In this document: positions 19,083 through 29,038 of the stretch, in pieces
How positions within the stretch are numbered: position 1 is the stretch's first letter
How the letters are laid out: each line of letters opens with the position of its first letter
Source of the DNA: Candidatus Omnitrophota bacterium
GTDB lineage: Bacteria; Omnitrophota; Gorgyraeia; JABMRN01; RBG-13-46-9
Direction of reading: 5' to 3'
DNA length: 64,000 nt
NCBI GenBank assembly: GCA_043817155.1
Contig: JBDRHE010000085.1
Coordinates: forward strand, 1,464-65,463
The notes under the pieces: model-generated
What the model saw: only the letters and a program-made list of their open reading frames with translations
The model's database searches: none
Told to the model about the DNA's origin: nothing
Position numbers and translations under genes: made by a program

Positions 19083-21272
19083 TTGAAGATATCAAGATTA
19101 AATGAGATAAAATTAGTCCTCTTATTGGCTATAGCGCTTGTCATCTTCATAAGCCTGCTTTCTTTCAGTAAAGACGATATACCGGGTCTTACCTCTAACC
19201 CGAATATCACCAAGAACAACATAATCGGTTTCGTCGGAGCCTACCTGTCATGGGCGATCATCTTTCTGACGGGGCGCGGGGGATACGTAATACCCTTCTT
19301 CATAGCGATTTGGGGGGCCCTGTCACTTTTTGGTGGCAAGGTCCACAAGTTCTACCTGAGGGTTTTCGGTGCGATCTTTTTGATACTCGCCGTAAGTTCC
19401 ATATGTAGCCTTGTCGGTCCGGGTGACACCGCTTTCAGGTTCGAGCGGGGCGGAATAATAGGATTGGCATTTTCCGATTTCCTCATAACGTATCTCGGAA
19501 CCGCGGGTACATTCATATCCATAAGTGTTCTCCTGCTTCTCTCTCTCTATGTGACGACTGACCTTCTTCTCTTTCCTTTGGTAGGCTGGATCGCCGGGTT
19601 ATTTATAGCTATTATTAGGGTGGCAAGATCTATTCCGGTCAACCTTTCAAGAAGGGGCAGGCCGAAGGCTCTTCGGGAGAATCAGAGGCCGGTCAAGCCC
19701 GCGATAAACAGAGCCCTTGCGAAGATTAGAACGAAAGAAGTTTCAAATGAAAGGATCACAAAAGCTGTTGTAGCGACCTGGCCATCAGCTGAACAGGCCG
19801 GAAAAAAAGAGACATCTTTTGTTAAGGAGCCGAAGACCGAAGAGAAGAGAGTAAGTGATACAGCCCTCCCGTACGAGCTTCCCCCGCTTAGCCTTCTGAC
19901 CTCTCCTCCTCCCGTCGAAGAGAGGCTCATTAAAGACAACTTAGACGAGAGCTCAAGGATACTTGAAGAGACTTTGAGGGATTTTGGCATAGAGACGAAG
20001 GTTGTGAAGGTAAGTCGTGGACCCGTAATAACCAGATACGAACTTGAACCGGCCAGCGGTGTAAAGATCCACAAAATAACATCTCTTAGCGATAATATTG
20101 CGCTTGCAATGAAAGCGATGAGCATAAGGATCGTGGCTCCGATCCCGGGCAAGGGCACTATAGGCGTGGAAGTGCCTAATTCTAAAGGCGCATTAGTCTA
20201 TTTAAAAGAGACATTAGAATCGAAAGAGTATAAAGAGGCTAAGTCTAAATTAAAGCTGGTATTGGGTAAAGATATCGCAGGAAAACCTATGATGGCGGAT
20301 CTGGGCGATATGCCGCATCTTTTGATAGCGGGAGCCACCGGCTCAGGCAAGACCGTTTGCGTAAATGGCATAATTGCCACGCTTCTTTTTAATGCAAAGC
20401 CTTCGGAGCTGAAGTTTCTTATGGTGGACCCCAAGAGAGTGGAACTGGCAGCGTTTAATGATTTGCCGCACCTATTAGCGCCTGTCATAACTGATTCGAA
20501 GAAAGTTTCGCATGCGCTGAACTGGGCTATTGGCGAGATGGAGAGAAGGTACGAGACATTTGCGCAGTTAGGCGTAAGGAATATCGAGGGGTACAACAAG
20601 AGGAGCGAAAGCGAAGATCTCGCTGACCTTCCTTTCATAGTGATAATCATTGATGAGCTTGCGGACCTGATGCTCATTTCGCAGGAGGAAGTGGAGAATA
20701 TGATAACAAGGCTTGCCCAACTCTCCAGGGCTGTTGGAATACACATGGTCATTGCAACGCAGAGGCCGTCCGTCGATGTTATTACCGGCGTCATAAAGGC
20801 CAACTTCCCCTCCAGAATATCATTTAAAGTTGCGTCTAAGGTGGATTCGAGGACAGTTATAGACATGAATGGCGCAGAGAAGCTTCTGGGAAGGGGCGAT
20901 ATGCTATTTATGGAACCGGGTAACCCTAAACCGATCCGAGGGCAAGCCAGCCTCGTGGGCGATGATGAAATTGCAAGGATCACCGCTTTTATAAAAGCTC
21001 AAAGGAGCGCGGATTACGAGGAAGGGATCGTTAAAGTCGAAGATAAACCCAAGTACAAGAACTTCGAAAGAGATGACATTTACGGGGAAGCGGTAAAGAT
21101 GGTCATGCAGACCAGGCAGGCTTCCGTATCGATGTTGCAGAGAAGGCTTGGCGTTGGATATACAAGAGCCGCTCGGCTTATTGACATGATGGAGGATGAG
21201 GGAGTGGTCGGTCCTTATCAGGGGTCAAAACCCAGAGAGATACTTGTAGATACCGTTGACGAGAAAGTATGA
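19083..21272 (+). CDS. ftsK: DNA translocase FtsK/SpoIIIE (TTG start)
   Basis: 729 aa; N-terminal TM segments, proline/charged linker, motor domain with Walker A GATGSGKT, C-terminal gamma winged helix (RRLGVGYTRAARLID). Confidence 0.9.
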   Translation: MKISRLNEIKLVLLLAIALVIFISLLSFSKDDIPGLTSNPNITKNNIIGFVGAYLSWAIIFLTGRGGYVIPFFIAIWGALSLFGGKVHKFYLRVFGAIFLILAVSSICSLVGPGDTAFRFERGGIIGLAFSDFLITYLGTAGTFISISVLLLLSLYVTTDLLLFPLVGWIAGLFIAIIRVARSIPVNLSRRGRPKALRENQRPVKPAINRALAKIRTKEVSNERITKAVVATWPSAEQAGKKETSFVKEPKTEEKRVSDTALPYELPPLSLLTSPPPVEERLIKDNLDESSRILEETLRDFGIETKVVKVSRGPVITRYELEPASGVKIHKITSLSDNIALAMKAMSIRIVAPIPGKGTIGVEVPNSKGALVYLKETLESKEYKEAKSKLKLVLGKDIAGKPMMADLGDMPHLLIAGATGSGKTVCVNGIIATLLFNAKPSELKFLMVDPKRVELAAFNDLPHLLAPVITDSKKVSHALNWAIGEMERRYETFAQLGVRNIEGYNKRSESEDLADLPFIVIIIDELADLMLISQEEVENMITRLAQLSRAVGIHMVIATQRPSVDVITGVIKANFPSRISFKVASKVDSRTVIDMNGAEKLLGRGDMLFMEPGNPKPIRGQASLVGDDEIARITAFIKAQRSADYEEGIVKVEDKPKYKNFERDDIYGEAVKMVMQTRQASVSMLQRRLGVGYTRAARLIDMMEDEGVVGPYQGSKPREILVDTVDEKV

Positions 21273-22096
21273 CAAAGTTTACAAATCCAAAAGATGTGGG
21301 TGCGCAACTTAGAGGAGCGCGTCAAAAAAAAGGTCTTACGATAGAAAATACCTACAAGACCACCCACATACAACCAAAGACCATAGAGGCACTTGAAGAG
21401 GGTATTGCCGATGAGATCCTTGAGAGGATATACCTTCTCCTCTTCCTGAAAAAGTACGCAAATTTTCTTGGATTGGATGGAGAGGGTATAGCGAGTCAAT
21501 ACAAAAGATTTGAGGAAGATAAGACAGGTGGGGTTGAGGATCTGAGAAAGCCGAAGAGGGAACAAGAAGTTAGGCCTTCTCTCTTAAGTCATGTAAAGCC
21601 GGAGATCATAGCTGCGGGTCTCTTTTTATTGCTGTATTTTATATTCTTGTTTGGGGTTAAAGCCAGGATCCCGGGCAGACCGGAAAAAGCTTCTGTGCCG
21701 GATTTGAAAGATGCGCTCACCACCCTTGTGGTAACCGCAAAACCCATTGCCAAGCATATCCAGGAACCAGAACCCAGCGCGGAGGTAAAGAGACCTGTAG
21801 CACCTCCCTCTCACGCAAAACCCATAGATCTGGCCTTAAAGAGCGATGACGATGTTTGGATGAAGGTCAAGAGGGACGGGAAAGTCGTATTTGAAGGTAT
21901 TGTTGGAAAGAATCAGTCGAAGAGTTGGGCCGCTGATAATGCTATAGACCTATGGGTGGGGAGAGCGGAAGCGCTTGATTTTACGATAAACGGTAAGTTT
22001 GTCGGGAAGATAGGCGCAGGCAGGATCAAAGGTATAGTTCTCACCAGGAGTGGCTTAAAAGTTGAAGACAAGTGGCTGCTCAAATCAAGCGAATAA
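21269..22096 (+). CDS. RodZ-like cytoskeleton protein (HTH + TM + DUF4115-like C-terminus)
   Basis: 275 aa; N-terminal XRE-type HTH, single TM (IIAAGLFLLLYFIFLFGV), C-terminal DDVWMKVKRDGKVVFEGIV...DLWVGRAEALDFTINGK resembling the RodZ C-domain. Confidence 0.6.
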   Translation: MTKFTNPKDVGAQLRGARQKKGLTIENTYKTTHIQPKTIEALEEGIADEILERIYLLLFLKKYANFLGLDGEGIASQYKRFEEDKTGGVEDLRKPKREQEVRPSLLSHVKPEIIAAGLFLLLYFIFLFGVKARIPGRPEKASVPDLKDALTTLVVTAKPIAKHIQEPEPSAEVKRPVAPPSHAKPIDLALKSDDDVWMKVKRDGKVVFEGIVGKNQSKSWAADNAIDLWVGRAEALDFTINGKFVGKIGAGRIKGIVLTRSGLKVEDKWLLKSSE

Positions 22097-22180
22097 TCCC
22101 ACCCCGGTACAATTCACTCCGCCCGCAGTCTTCCCAGGCTTTTGCCCGGGGATAGAATTTTGCACAGTGAAATTCATTAC

Positions 22181-22225
22181 TTGGCGAGATGCTTAGCATC
22201 TCGCCAAAGGTGATGTGTGTTTTTG
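22181..22225 (+). terminator. rho-independent terminator after the rodZ-like gene
   Basis: TTGGCGAGATGC-TTA-GCATCTCGCCAA perfect 12-bp stem, then GTGTGTTTTTGA. Confidence 0.6.
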
Positions 22226-22269
22226 ATGGAGGGAGCCCCGGACCTTAGCCCGGGGCTCCACTAGCAGAT

Positions 22270-23607
22270 ATGAAGCCTGACATATTTATAATTAGCCTGG
22301 GCTGTCCGCGTAATCTTGTGGATTCAGAGGTCTTAATAGGCATGTTGCGGCAGAAGGGTTTTAAGGTCTTTACTGAGTTTACAAAAAATCGCATTGCTAT
22401 AGTGAACACATGCGGGTTTATTGAGGATGCCAAGAGCGAGAGCATTGACATGATCCTCGAGCTGGCAGCCCTGAAGAGAGATGGCAGGCTCGAACATCTT
22501 ATAGTGACAGGCTGTTTTTCACAGCGTTATTCCGATCGCATATTGAAGGAGATAGGAGAGGTCGACGGTATATTCGGGTGTGGCAGTTTTACCGAGATCC
22601 CCGAGTTTATAAACCGTATAGCCGCCGGCGAGAAAGTGGTAAATGTAGATAAGAGGCCGAAGTTCCTATATAACCACACCATGCCAAGAGCGGTCTTAAC
22701 TCCAAGGCACAGCGTGTATGTTAAGATCCAGGAAGGGTGCATGAATCTCTGCAGCTACTGCGTTATTCCTAAAATAAGGGGTCCATACCGCTCAAGAAGC
22801 ATCGACTCTGTTCTAAAGGAGGTATTGCTACTTAAGGAAAGCGGGGCCAGGGAGATAAACCTTGTCGGGCAGGATACGACTCTCTACGGGACCGAGAGAT
22901 ATAAAGCGCCTGTTTTGGGTAAATTGTTAAGGAAGGTATCCCGTATTATGAAGGACGGCTGGGTAAGGCTACTCTATACCCATCCGGCGCACTATGATCA
23001 GGATATAATAGATGCCGTAAAAAATGAGACTTCGATATGCAAATACCTTGATCTGCCGATACAGCACATAAACGACAAGATACTCAAATCGATGAACAGA
23101 CACGTAACCAAGGGAGAGATCGTTGAACTTATAGAGAAGCTTAGACGGTCCATACCGGAAGTTGCGATCCGGACATCGATAATAGTAGGCTTTCCGGGTG
23201 AAGGCGATAAAGAGATGGATGAACTTGCACGCTTTTTAAAGGAGGTTGAATTTGACCGCCTGGGGGTCTTCACATACTCCCGGGAAGAGGGGACGAAATC
23301 CTTCGATCTTCCGGGTCAGGTTGCCGAAGACGAAAAAGAGAGACGGTTAAAGAGGATAATGGAGCTTCAGCAAGATATTTCAGAGAAGCTGAACAGGAGA
23401 TCACTGGGTAGTGTGGTCAAGGTACTCATCGATGATAAGGATAAGACCGAAGCCAACCTGTATTTGGGAAGGACCCAGCACGATGCGCCCTCTGTCGACG
23501 GCACCGTTTATGTACATTCAAAAAAGAGACTGAAGCAAGGGGACTTTGTAGACGCGAAAATAATAGATACACTGGAATACGATCTTGTTGGCAAAGTGAC
23601 ATTGTGA
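22270..23607 (+). CDS. rimO: ribosomal protein S12 methylthiotransferase RimO (radical SAM MTTase)
   Basis: 445 aa; MTTase N domain (ISLGCPRNLVDSE), radical SAM CxxxCxxC (CMNLCSYCVIP), C-terminal TRAM. Confidence 0.75.
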   Translation: MKPDIFIISLGCPRNLVDSEVLIGMLRQKGFKVFTEFTKNRIAIVNTCGFIEDAKSESIDMILELAALKRDGRLEHLIVTGCFSQRYSDRILKEIGEVDGIFGCGSFTEIPEFINRIAAGEKVVNVDKRPKFLYNHTMPRAVLTPRHSVYVKIQEGCMNLCSYCVIPKIRGPYRSRSIDSVLKEVLLLKESGAREINLVGQDTTLYGTERYKAPVLGKLLRKVSRIMKDGWVRLLYTHPAHYDQDIIDAVKNETSICKYLDLPIQHINDKILKSMNRHVTKGEIVELIEKLRRSIPEVAIRTSIIVGFPGEGDKEMDELARFLKEVEFDRLGVFTYSREEGTKSFDLPGQVAEDEKERRLKRIMELQQDISEKLNRRSLGSVVKVLIDDKDKTEANLYLGRTQHDAPSVDGTVYVHSKKRLKQGDFVDAKIIDTLEYDLVGKVTL

Positions 23608-23661
23608 TCCCCGTCAGATCCAGGATGGATTGGCGGGAAGACATGACCTAGAAAGGATCTA
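23605..23661. repeat. second copy of the ~57-nt repeat, overlapping the rimO stop codon
   Basis: See 18481..18539; 47 of 57 positions identical by eye, in an equivalent position relative to a gene stop codon. Confidence 0.7.
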
Positions 23662-23665
23662 AAGG

Positions 23666-24256
23666 GTGAATATTGCAAACAAAGTAACGATTTCACGAAT
23701 AGTTCTTACATTCGTATTCATGTTCTTTCTGTTCTCTAAAGGTGTGGTGTTCAAAAGTCTTGCGCTGATTACTTTCATTGTAGCAAGTTGCACGGATTTC
23801 CTTGATGGATACCTTGCGAAAATCAGGAATGAGAAGTCGGATCTTGGTAAATTCATGGATCCGATCGCGGATAAGGTGCTCATACTGGCCGCCTTCCTGG
23901 CTTTCGTTGAAATGAAGCTGGTACCCGCGTGGATCGTTGTTATCATAGTGTTGCGTGAGTTCATGATTACGGGTCTTAGATTTATCGCGCTTACAAAAGG
24001 CAAGATCATAGAGGCCGATATGATAGGCAAGCATAAGACCGTCTCTCAGATGCTCTCAATCTATGTTATTCTGCTTTTCATTCTATTCAAGGACTCCGGT
24101 ACCGGGGTATTCGATTTTTGGAATGTTGGATGGGAGCGCGTGCACAAGGAGAGCATATTCTATTTAATGGTTATAACGGCGATTCTTACAGTTATAAGCG
24201 GGATATCTTATCTTGTGAAGAATGAGAAGTATTTTAGAAGTGAAAAAAATTGCTAA
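23666..24256 (+). CDS. pgsA: CDP-diacylglycerol--glycerol-3-phosphate 3-phosphatidyltransferase
   Basis: 196 aa; CDP-alcohol phosphatidyltransferase motif DFLDGYLAR...G...DPIADK; multiple TM segments. Confidence 0.85.
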   Translation: MNIANKVTISRIVLTFVFMFFLFSKGVVFKSLALITFIVASCTDFLDGYLAKIRNEKSDLGKFMDPIADKVLILAAFLAFVEMKLVPAWIVVIIVLREFMITGLRFIALTKGKIIEADMIGKHKTVSQMLSIYVILLFILFKDSGTGVFDFWNVGWERVHKESIFYLMVITAILTVISGISYLVKNEKYFRSEKNC

Positions 24257-24686
24257 ATTTATAGCAACGCTATCGTTTGTCGGCTACAGCCCTATTGCGC
24301 CCGGAACGGCAGCAAGCCTCCTTGGATTGCTGGCATATCTTCTTTTAAAAAATAGCCCTATAATGCATCTGATCATGACTGCGATCTGGCTTGTGCTGGG
24401 ATTCTGGTCGGCGTCATCTGCGGAGGAAAACTTTTCGCGAAAGGATCCTCCGGAGGTCGTAATTGACGAATTCTCCTCTATGTTGCTCGCATATCTCTTT
24501 TTACCATTCAGCCCCAATCTTGCGATAGCGGGATTTCTCATATTCAGATTTTTGGATATAGTAAAGATACCGCCTATAAATAGACTGCACAACTTATCAG
24601 CCGGCCCGGGTATAATGCTCGATGATGTAGCTGCAGCCATCCTCACAAACACAATCCTTAGAATAATTGTATATATAGCAAAGTAA
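24222..24686 (+). CDS. pgpA: phosphatidylglycerophosphatase A
   Basis: 154 aa; LSFVGYSPIAPGTAASLLGL PgpA signature; overlaps the pgsA 3' end (operon). Confidence 0.75.
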   Translation: MRSILEVKKIAKFIATLSFVGYSPIAPGTAASLLGLLAYLLLKNSPIMHLIMTAIWLVLGFWSASSAEENFSRKDPPEVVIDEFSSMLLAYLFLPFSPNLAIAGFLIFRFLDIVKIPPINRLHNLSAGPGIMLDDVAAAILTNTILRIIVYIAK

Positions 24687-24710
24687 AGTTGATAATAAGG
24701 CAAATTATTA

Positions 24711-24740
24711 TTGACATCTCCACTCTTTTGAGTTATAATA
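24711..24740 (+). promoter_or_regulatory. consensus sigma70-type promoter (TTGACA-17 nt-TATAAT)
   Basis: TTGACA at 24711..24716, 17-nt spacer, TATAAT at 24734..24739; it would transcribe a ~125-nt leader with two stem-loops before the 24874 ORF. Confidence 0.5.
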
Positions 24741-24873
24741 AATAAAGGCGTGCGCTAAGGTAGGTACGCAACACGCCTTATCACGGTACGTCCCGGAAGG
24801 GACGCGTGTCTTTACCGTATAATTATAACCCCGGGTTTTGGTATTTGTCAATTAAAAAAAGAGGAGAATTATC

Positions 24874-26457
24874 ATGAAGCTGTTTCTTGTATTTGCAATA
24901 TTATTTGCCAATTTAACGTTCGCAAATATCTCATTTGCGGGTATCTGGAAGGATGAAATCGGGATAGTTGCTTACGGAAAATATTCGGCGTTAGCCATCA
25001 GTACAGGTCAGAATGGAGCCATTTATGCAGGCGCTGAAAGCGGGCTGTTTAAGAGACCGAATAAAAGCGCAGAGTGGACAAAGATCTTCGATTGTAGGGG
25101 AGAATGCAAAGGCATAAATGAGATATTGATAGACAAAGATAGGGATCGTATCTATATTGCTACAAAGAACGGTCTCTACCGGTCGGCTGATGGAGGAGCT
25201 ACATGGACACGCCGGTTTAAAGGGGTGGGGATAGAGAGCAATTGCACAAGCGTATTCATAGATCAGCATACTAAGCCAAAGATCTATCTCGGCACACAGA
25301 AAGGACTCTTTTCTGCAAGCGTTGGAGAAGAGAAATGGCAAAGGTCTGACGGCGCGCCAGAGGCTGCGCATGTGACGGCTATTTGCGGCCGTAGGTCAGG
25401 TGAAGACCTTTTCTTATATACGATTTGTGATAGTGAGTTATATATGATCGATACTAAAACAGGATTCAGCGAAAAGCTTTTTGGGTCGGGTTATAGCGAG
25501 GAGCGAGAAGAGGATAGTGATGCTCCCATGACAGATCAAGAGGAAGCAAGCCTCTTACTGAATGATATCCAATATCAAGATGATATATTGTATCTATCTA
25601 CAAATAGGGGCTTATATATATCCCGGGATATGGGGCGGTCATGGAAGCGCTTTAACGACACAGGGCTTACAAACCGTGCCATAAACCATATATTACCGGG
25701 TAAGCATGGCCTCGAAGATATCCTTGCCGCTACAGCGGGTGGTGTCTTTCAATATATAGGTAAGCAGGGAAGGTGGTCTGTATTGCAGACAGGTATGGAC
25801 TCCAGTAATGTGTCCGGGCTCATATTGGACCGGACAGGAGGCAAGATCTGGGCTTTTAGCGCAGACAGGATATATAGTGGTCTTCTTTCCGGCTTCAATA
25901 GTTCCATAAAAGAGAACGCGCTTTGCGAACATGTTATATCAGATATGATCGTGGAACCGACAGTGGATGAAGTTAGAACAATGGCCATCAATTACGCGGA
26001 AGTCCATCCCGACAAGATACGCGAATGGAGGAGAGGCGCAAGAATGAGAGCCATGTTTCCCAAGGTCAGTTTCGGTATCGATCGTTCCCTGAGCGATACG
26101 TACGAGATCTATACATCTTCAACGAGGTCATACTGGACATTGGGGCCTGAGGACAAGACGGAGGGTTGGGATCTCAACTTTTCATGGGACCTTGCAGATC
26201 TTGTGTGGAACGAATCTCAGACATCGATCGACGTGAGAAGTAAGCTCATGGTGCAACTTAGAGAAGATATAGTTGATCAGGTCATAAGGCTCTACTTCGA
26301 ACGCTTGAGACTTCAAAGTGAACTGAAGAAGGTCGATCTGGAAGGGAAGGAAGCGGATCCTGATAAGGTTCTCCGACTAAAGGAGCTTACGGCTGGTTTA
26401 GATGGTCTGACAGGAGGCGGTTTCTCCGAAACTATACGCAGGCGTCAACAACTTTAA
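24874..26457 (+). CDS. secreted BNR/Ycf48-like repeat protein with C-terminal coiled-coil region
   Basis: 527 aa; signal peptide; BNR-type motifs SADGGATWTRRF and SRDMGRSWKRF (SxDxGxTW). Confidence 0.5.
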   Translation: MKLFLVFAILFANLTFANISFAGIWKDEIGIVAYGKYSALAISTGQNGAIYAGAESGLFKRPNKSAEWTKIFDCRGECKGINEILIDKDRDRIYIATKNGLYRSADGGATWTRRFKGVGIESNCTSVFIDQHTKPKIYLGTQKGLFSASVGEEKWQRSDGAPEAAHVTAICGRRSGEDLFLYTICDSELYMIDTKTGFSEKLFGSGYSEEREEDSDAPMTDQEEASLLLNDIQYQDDILYLSTNRGLYISRDMGRSWKRFNDTGLTNRAINHILPGKHGLEDILAATAGGVFQYIGKQGRWSVLQTGMDSSNVSGLILDRTGGKIWAFSADRIYSGLLSGFNSSIKENALCEHVISDMIVEPTVDEVRTMAINYAEVHPDKIREWRRGARMRAMFPKVSFGIDRSLSDTYEIYTSSTRSYWTLGPEDKTEGWDLNFSWDLADLVWNESQTSIDVRSKLMVQLREDIVDQVIRLYFERLRLQSELKKVDLEGKEADPDKVLRLKELTAGLDGLTGGGFSETIRRRQQL

Positions 26458-26536
26458 GAAATGAATATAAAAAAAACAATAAAGATTGATTAAGGCTTGA
26501 CAAATCCAGTCTTACTGATAAAATAATGCTACAATT

Positions 26537-27277
26537 ATGATACTTAAAGATAAAGTTTCAATAGTAACGGGTGGCGCGCGAGGTATAGGTAAAGCTATAG
26601 CCCTTAAGCTGGCTAGTGAAGGTTCGAATATCGCCATCTGCGATGTAAATACGGATGTTCTCGAGGAGGCCAAGAAGGAGATAGGGACAAGCGGAACAGA
26701 AGTCCTGACAGGCAAGGTAGACGTTACAAACCTCCAAGACGTGCAAATATTTGTCCAGAAAGTCCTTGACAAATTTAGCAAAATCGATATACTTATCAAC
26801 AACGCCGGGATAACGCGCGATGGATTAATAGTCCGGATGACCGACGCTGATTGGGATGCGGTACTGAACGTTAATCTAAAGGGTACGTTCAATTGCATCA
26901 AAGCAGCTGCGAAGGTCATGATGAAGCAGCGGTCCGGTAAGATCGTTAACATAGCTTCGGTAATAGGGATCATAGGTAATGCGGGTCAGGCAAATTACGC
27001 GGCCAGTAAAGGCGGTGTTATTGCCTTAACTAAAAGTGCGGCAAAAGAGCTGGCGTCAAGAAATGTGAATGTCAACGCAATTGCCCCTGGGTTTATTGAA
27101 ACCCATATGACAGCTCAATTGTCAGAAGATATAAGAACAGCGATACTGAAACAGATCCCATTGGGTAGATGGGGTAGCTCAGAGAACGTAGCGGATCTTG
27201 CACTATTTTTGGTAAGTGATGCTTCAGGTTATATCACCGGGCAGGTAGTTCAGGTTGATGGCGGAATGGTCACTTAA
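26537..27277 (+). CDS. fabG: 3-oxoacyl-[acyl-carrier-protein] reductase
   Basis: 246 aa; TGGARGIGKAIA Rossmann motif, NNAG, YAASKGG catalytic tetrad region. Confidence 0.9.
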   Translation: MILKDKVSIVTGGARGIGKAIALKLASEGSNIAICDVNTDVLEEAKKEIGTSGTEVLTGKVDVTNLQDVQIFVQKVLDKFSKIDILINNAGITRDGLIVRMTDADWDAVLNVNLKGTFNCIKAAAKVMMKQRSGKIVNIASVIGIIGNAGQANYAASKGGVIALTKSAAKELASRNVNVNAIAPGFIETHMTAQLSEDIRTAILKQIPLGRWGSSENVADLALFLVSDASGYITGQVVQVDGGMVT

Positions 27278-27291
27278 GAAGGAGGATGTAA

Positions 27292-27534
27292 ATGTCAGGC
27301 ATTGCAGAAAAAGTTAAGTCGGTTATTGCTGAGCAACTTGGAGTAAAACCGGACGAAGTTACGGATCAGGCAAAGTTTGTAGACGACTTAGGCGCGGACT
27401 CGCTTGACACTGTTGAACTGGTTATGGCGCTCGAAGAAGAGTATGGCATTGAGATTCCCGACGAGGATGCCGAGAAGTTGGCTACGGTTGGCGACGCGAT
27501 CAAATATATAGAAGAAAAGATCGCCACCAAGTAG
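27292..27534 (+). CDS. acpP: acyl carrier protein
   Basis: 80 aa; [26 protein letters not shown] with phosphopantetheine-attachment Ser. Confidence 0.9.
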   Translation: MSGIAEKVKSVIAEQLGVKPDEVTDQAKFVDDLGADSLDTVELVMALEEEYGIEIPDEDAEKLATVGDAIKYIEEKIATK

Positions 27535-27540
27535 ACTGAA

Positions 27541-28797
27541 ATGAATAAAAAAAGGGTTGTTCTAACCGGGCTTGGAGCTATAACACCGGTAGGCAACACG
27601 CTTAAGGAATTGTGGACATCATTACTTGAGGGGCAAAGCGGCGTACGGATAATTCAATGCTTTGACCCCTCAAATTTTTCATCACAGATAGCCGCAGAAG
27701 CACTTGATTTCGATCCATCCAAATATCTACCTCCAAAAGATGTGCGAAAATCGGATAGATTTGTACAGCTTGCTATCGGTGCAAGCAAGGAGGCTGTTGA
27801 TAATAGTGGCTTGGATCTCGATGCAGAGGACAGGCATAGGGTTGGGGTGATCATAGGGTCCGGCATAGGAGGTCTCCATACGATCGAGAGCGAGCATATC
27901 AAGTACCTCGATCGTGGACACAAAAAGGGTCCGGGAAAGATATCACCATTCCTGATCCCCATGCTTATTGCGAATATGGCTGCGGGGCAGGTATCTATAT
28001 ATTTTAGGCTAAAAGGCCCCAACATGGCCGTCGTTACAGCATGCGCTACGGGTAACCATTGCATAGGTGACGCTTTTCGCGTAATTCAAAGGGATGAAGC
28101 AAGCGTCATGCTAGCCGGCGGTGCGGAGGCAGCGATCACGATTATGGGTTTCGGAGGATTCTGTTCCCTTAGAGCCCTCTCTACGCGAAACGATGAACCT
28201 GAAAAGGCGTGTCGTCCTTTCGATAGGGACAGGGACGGTTTTGTTATGGGCGAAGGGGCAGGGGTTGTAATTCTAGAAGAGTTGGAGCACGCTCTTAAGA
28301 GAAATGCAATGATCTACTGCGAAGTGGTGGGATACGGTTCGAACGCAGATGCTTATCACATGACTGCGCCCGATCCCGGAGGGGAGGGACCAAGAAGGTG
28401 TATGCAACTCTGTCTAGATGATGCAGGATTCAACCCGGGAGACATAGATTATATAAATGCGCATGGCACCTCTACCGTTTACAATGATCGAACGGAGACC
28501 AAGGCTATCAAGAATGTATTTGGCGATCATGCGCGGAAGCTCGCGATCAGCTCTACAAAATCGGTTACTGCGCACTTACTTGGGGCGGCCGGCGGCGTTG
28601 AGGCAATAGCTTGCGCGCTAGCCATAAAGAATAGTATAGCCCCTCCGACAATAAACCTGGAAAATCCTGATCCCGAGTGCGATCTGGATTACGTGCCGAA
28701 CCAGCCGCGTTCAATGAATATAGATGCAGCGCTTTCGAATTCGCTTGGGTTCGGCGGACACAATGCCACGCTTGCCTTCAAGAAGTATACCTCATAA
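27541..28797 (+). CDS. fabF: 3-oxoacyl-[acyl-carrier-protein] synthase II
   Basis: 418 aa; active-site Cys (VVTACATG), His (NAHGTST, SKSVTAHLLGAAG) and GFGGHN C-terminus. Confidence 0.9.
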   Translation: MNKKRVVLTGLGAITPVGNTLKELWTSLLEGQSGVRIIQCFDPSNFSSQIAAEALDFDPSKYLPPKDVRKSDRFVQLAIGASKEAVDNSGLDLDAEDRHRVGVIIGSGIGGLHTIESEHIKYLDRGHKKGPGKISPFLIPMLIANMAAGQVSIYFRLKGPNMAVVTACATGNHCIGDAFRVIQRDEASVMLAGGAEAAITIMGFGGFCSLRALSTRNDEPEKACRPFDRDRDGFVMGEGAGVVILEELEHALKRNAMIYCEVVGYGSNADAYHMTAPDPGGEGPRRCMQLCLDDAGFNPGDIDYINAHGTSTVYNDRTETKAIKNVFGDHARKLAISSTKSVTAHLLGAAGGVEAIACALAIKNSIAPPTINLENPDPECDLDYVPNQPRSMNIDAALSNSLGFGGHNATLAFKKYTS

Positions 28798-29038
28798 TGG
28801 GACGTTTCACCTCGCTTTAACTGCTTATAATCAAAAGGGTATTTCTGGCGCTGAACTTACGCCTGTTACCAAGCTGTACGTAGGAGTGCCCCCATCCTTG
28901 TTGCAACGTGAAATATAACTCTATCTCGATAATCTAATATAGAGCCAGTCCCCATCGAAGATCCCAGTCGCTTGACCTCGAGAAGCCCCGAGAAGGTAAT
29001 AAAACCGCTTTTCCTTCGGATCGAAAAAGAGGATCCAT

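Noticed and set aside
28724-28918. 64-aa ORF overlapping the fabF 3' end
   Set aside because: It overlaps the strongly supported fabF C-terminus in another frame and runs into the decayed PHP-remnant region; no RBS; spurious.
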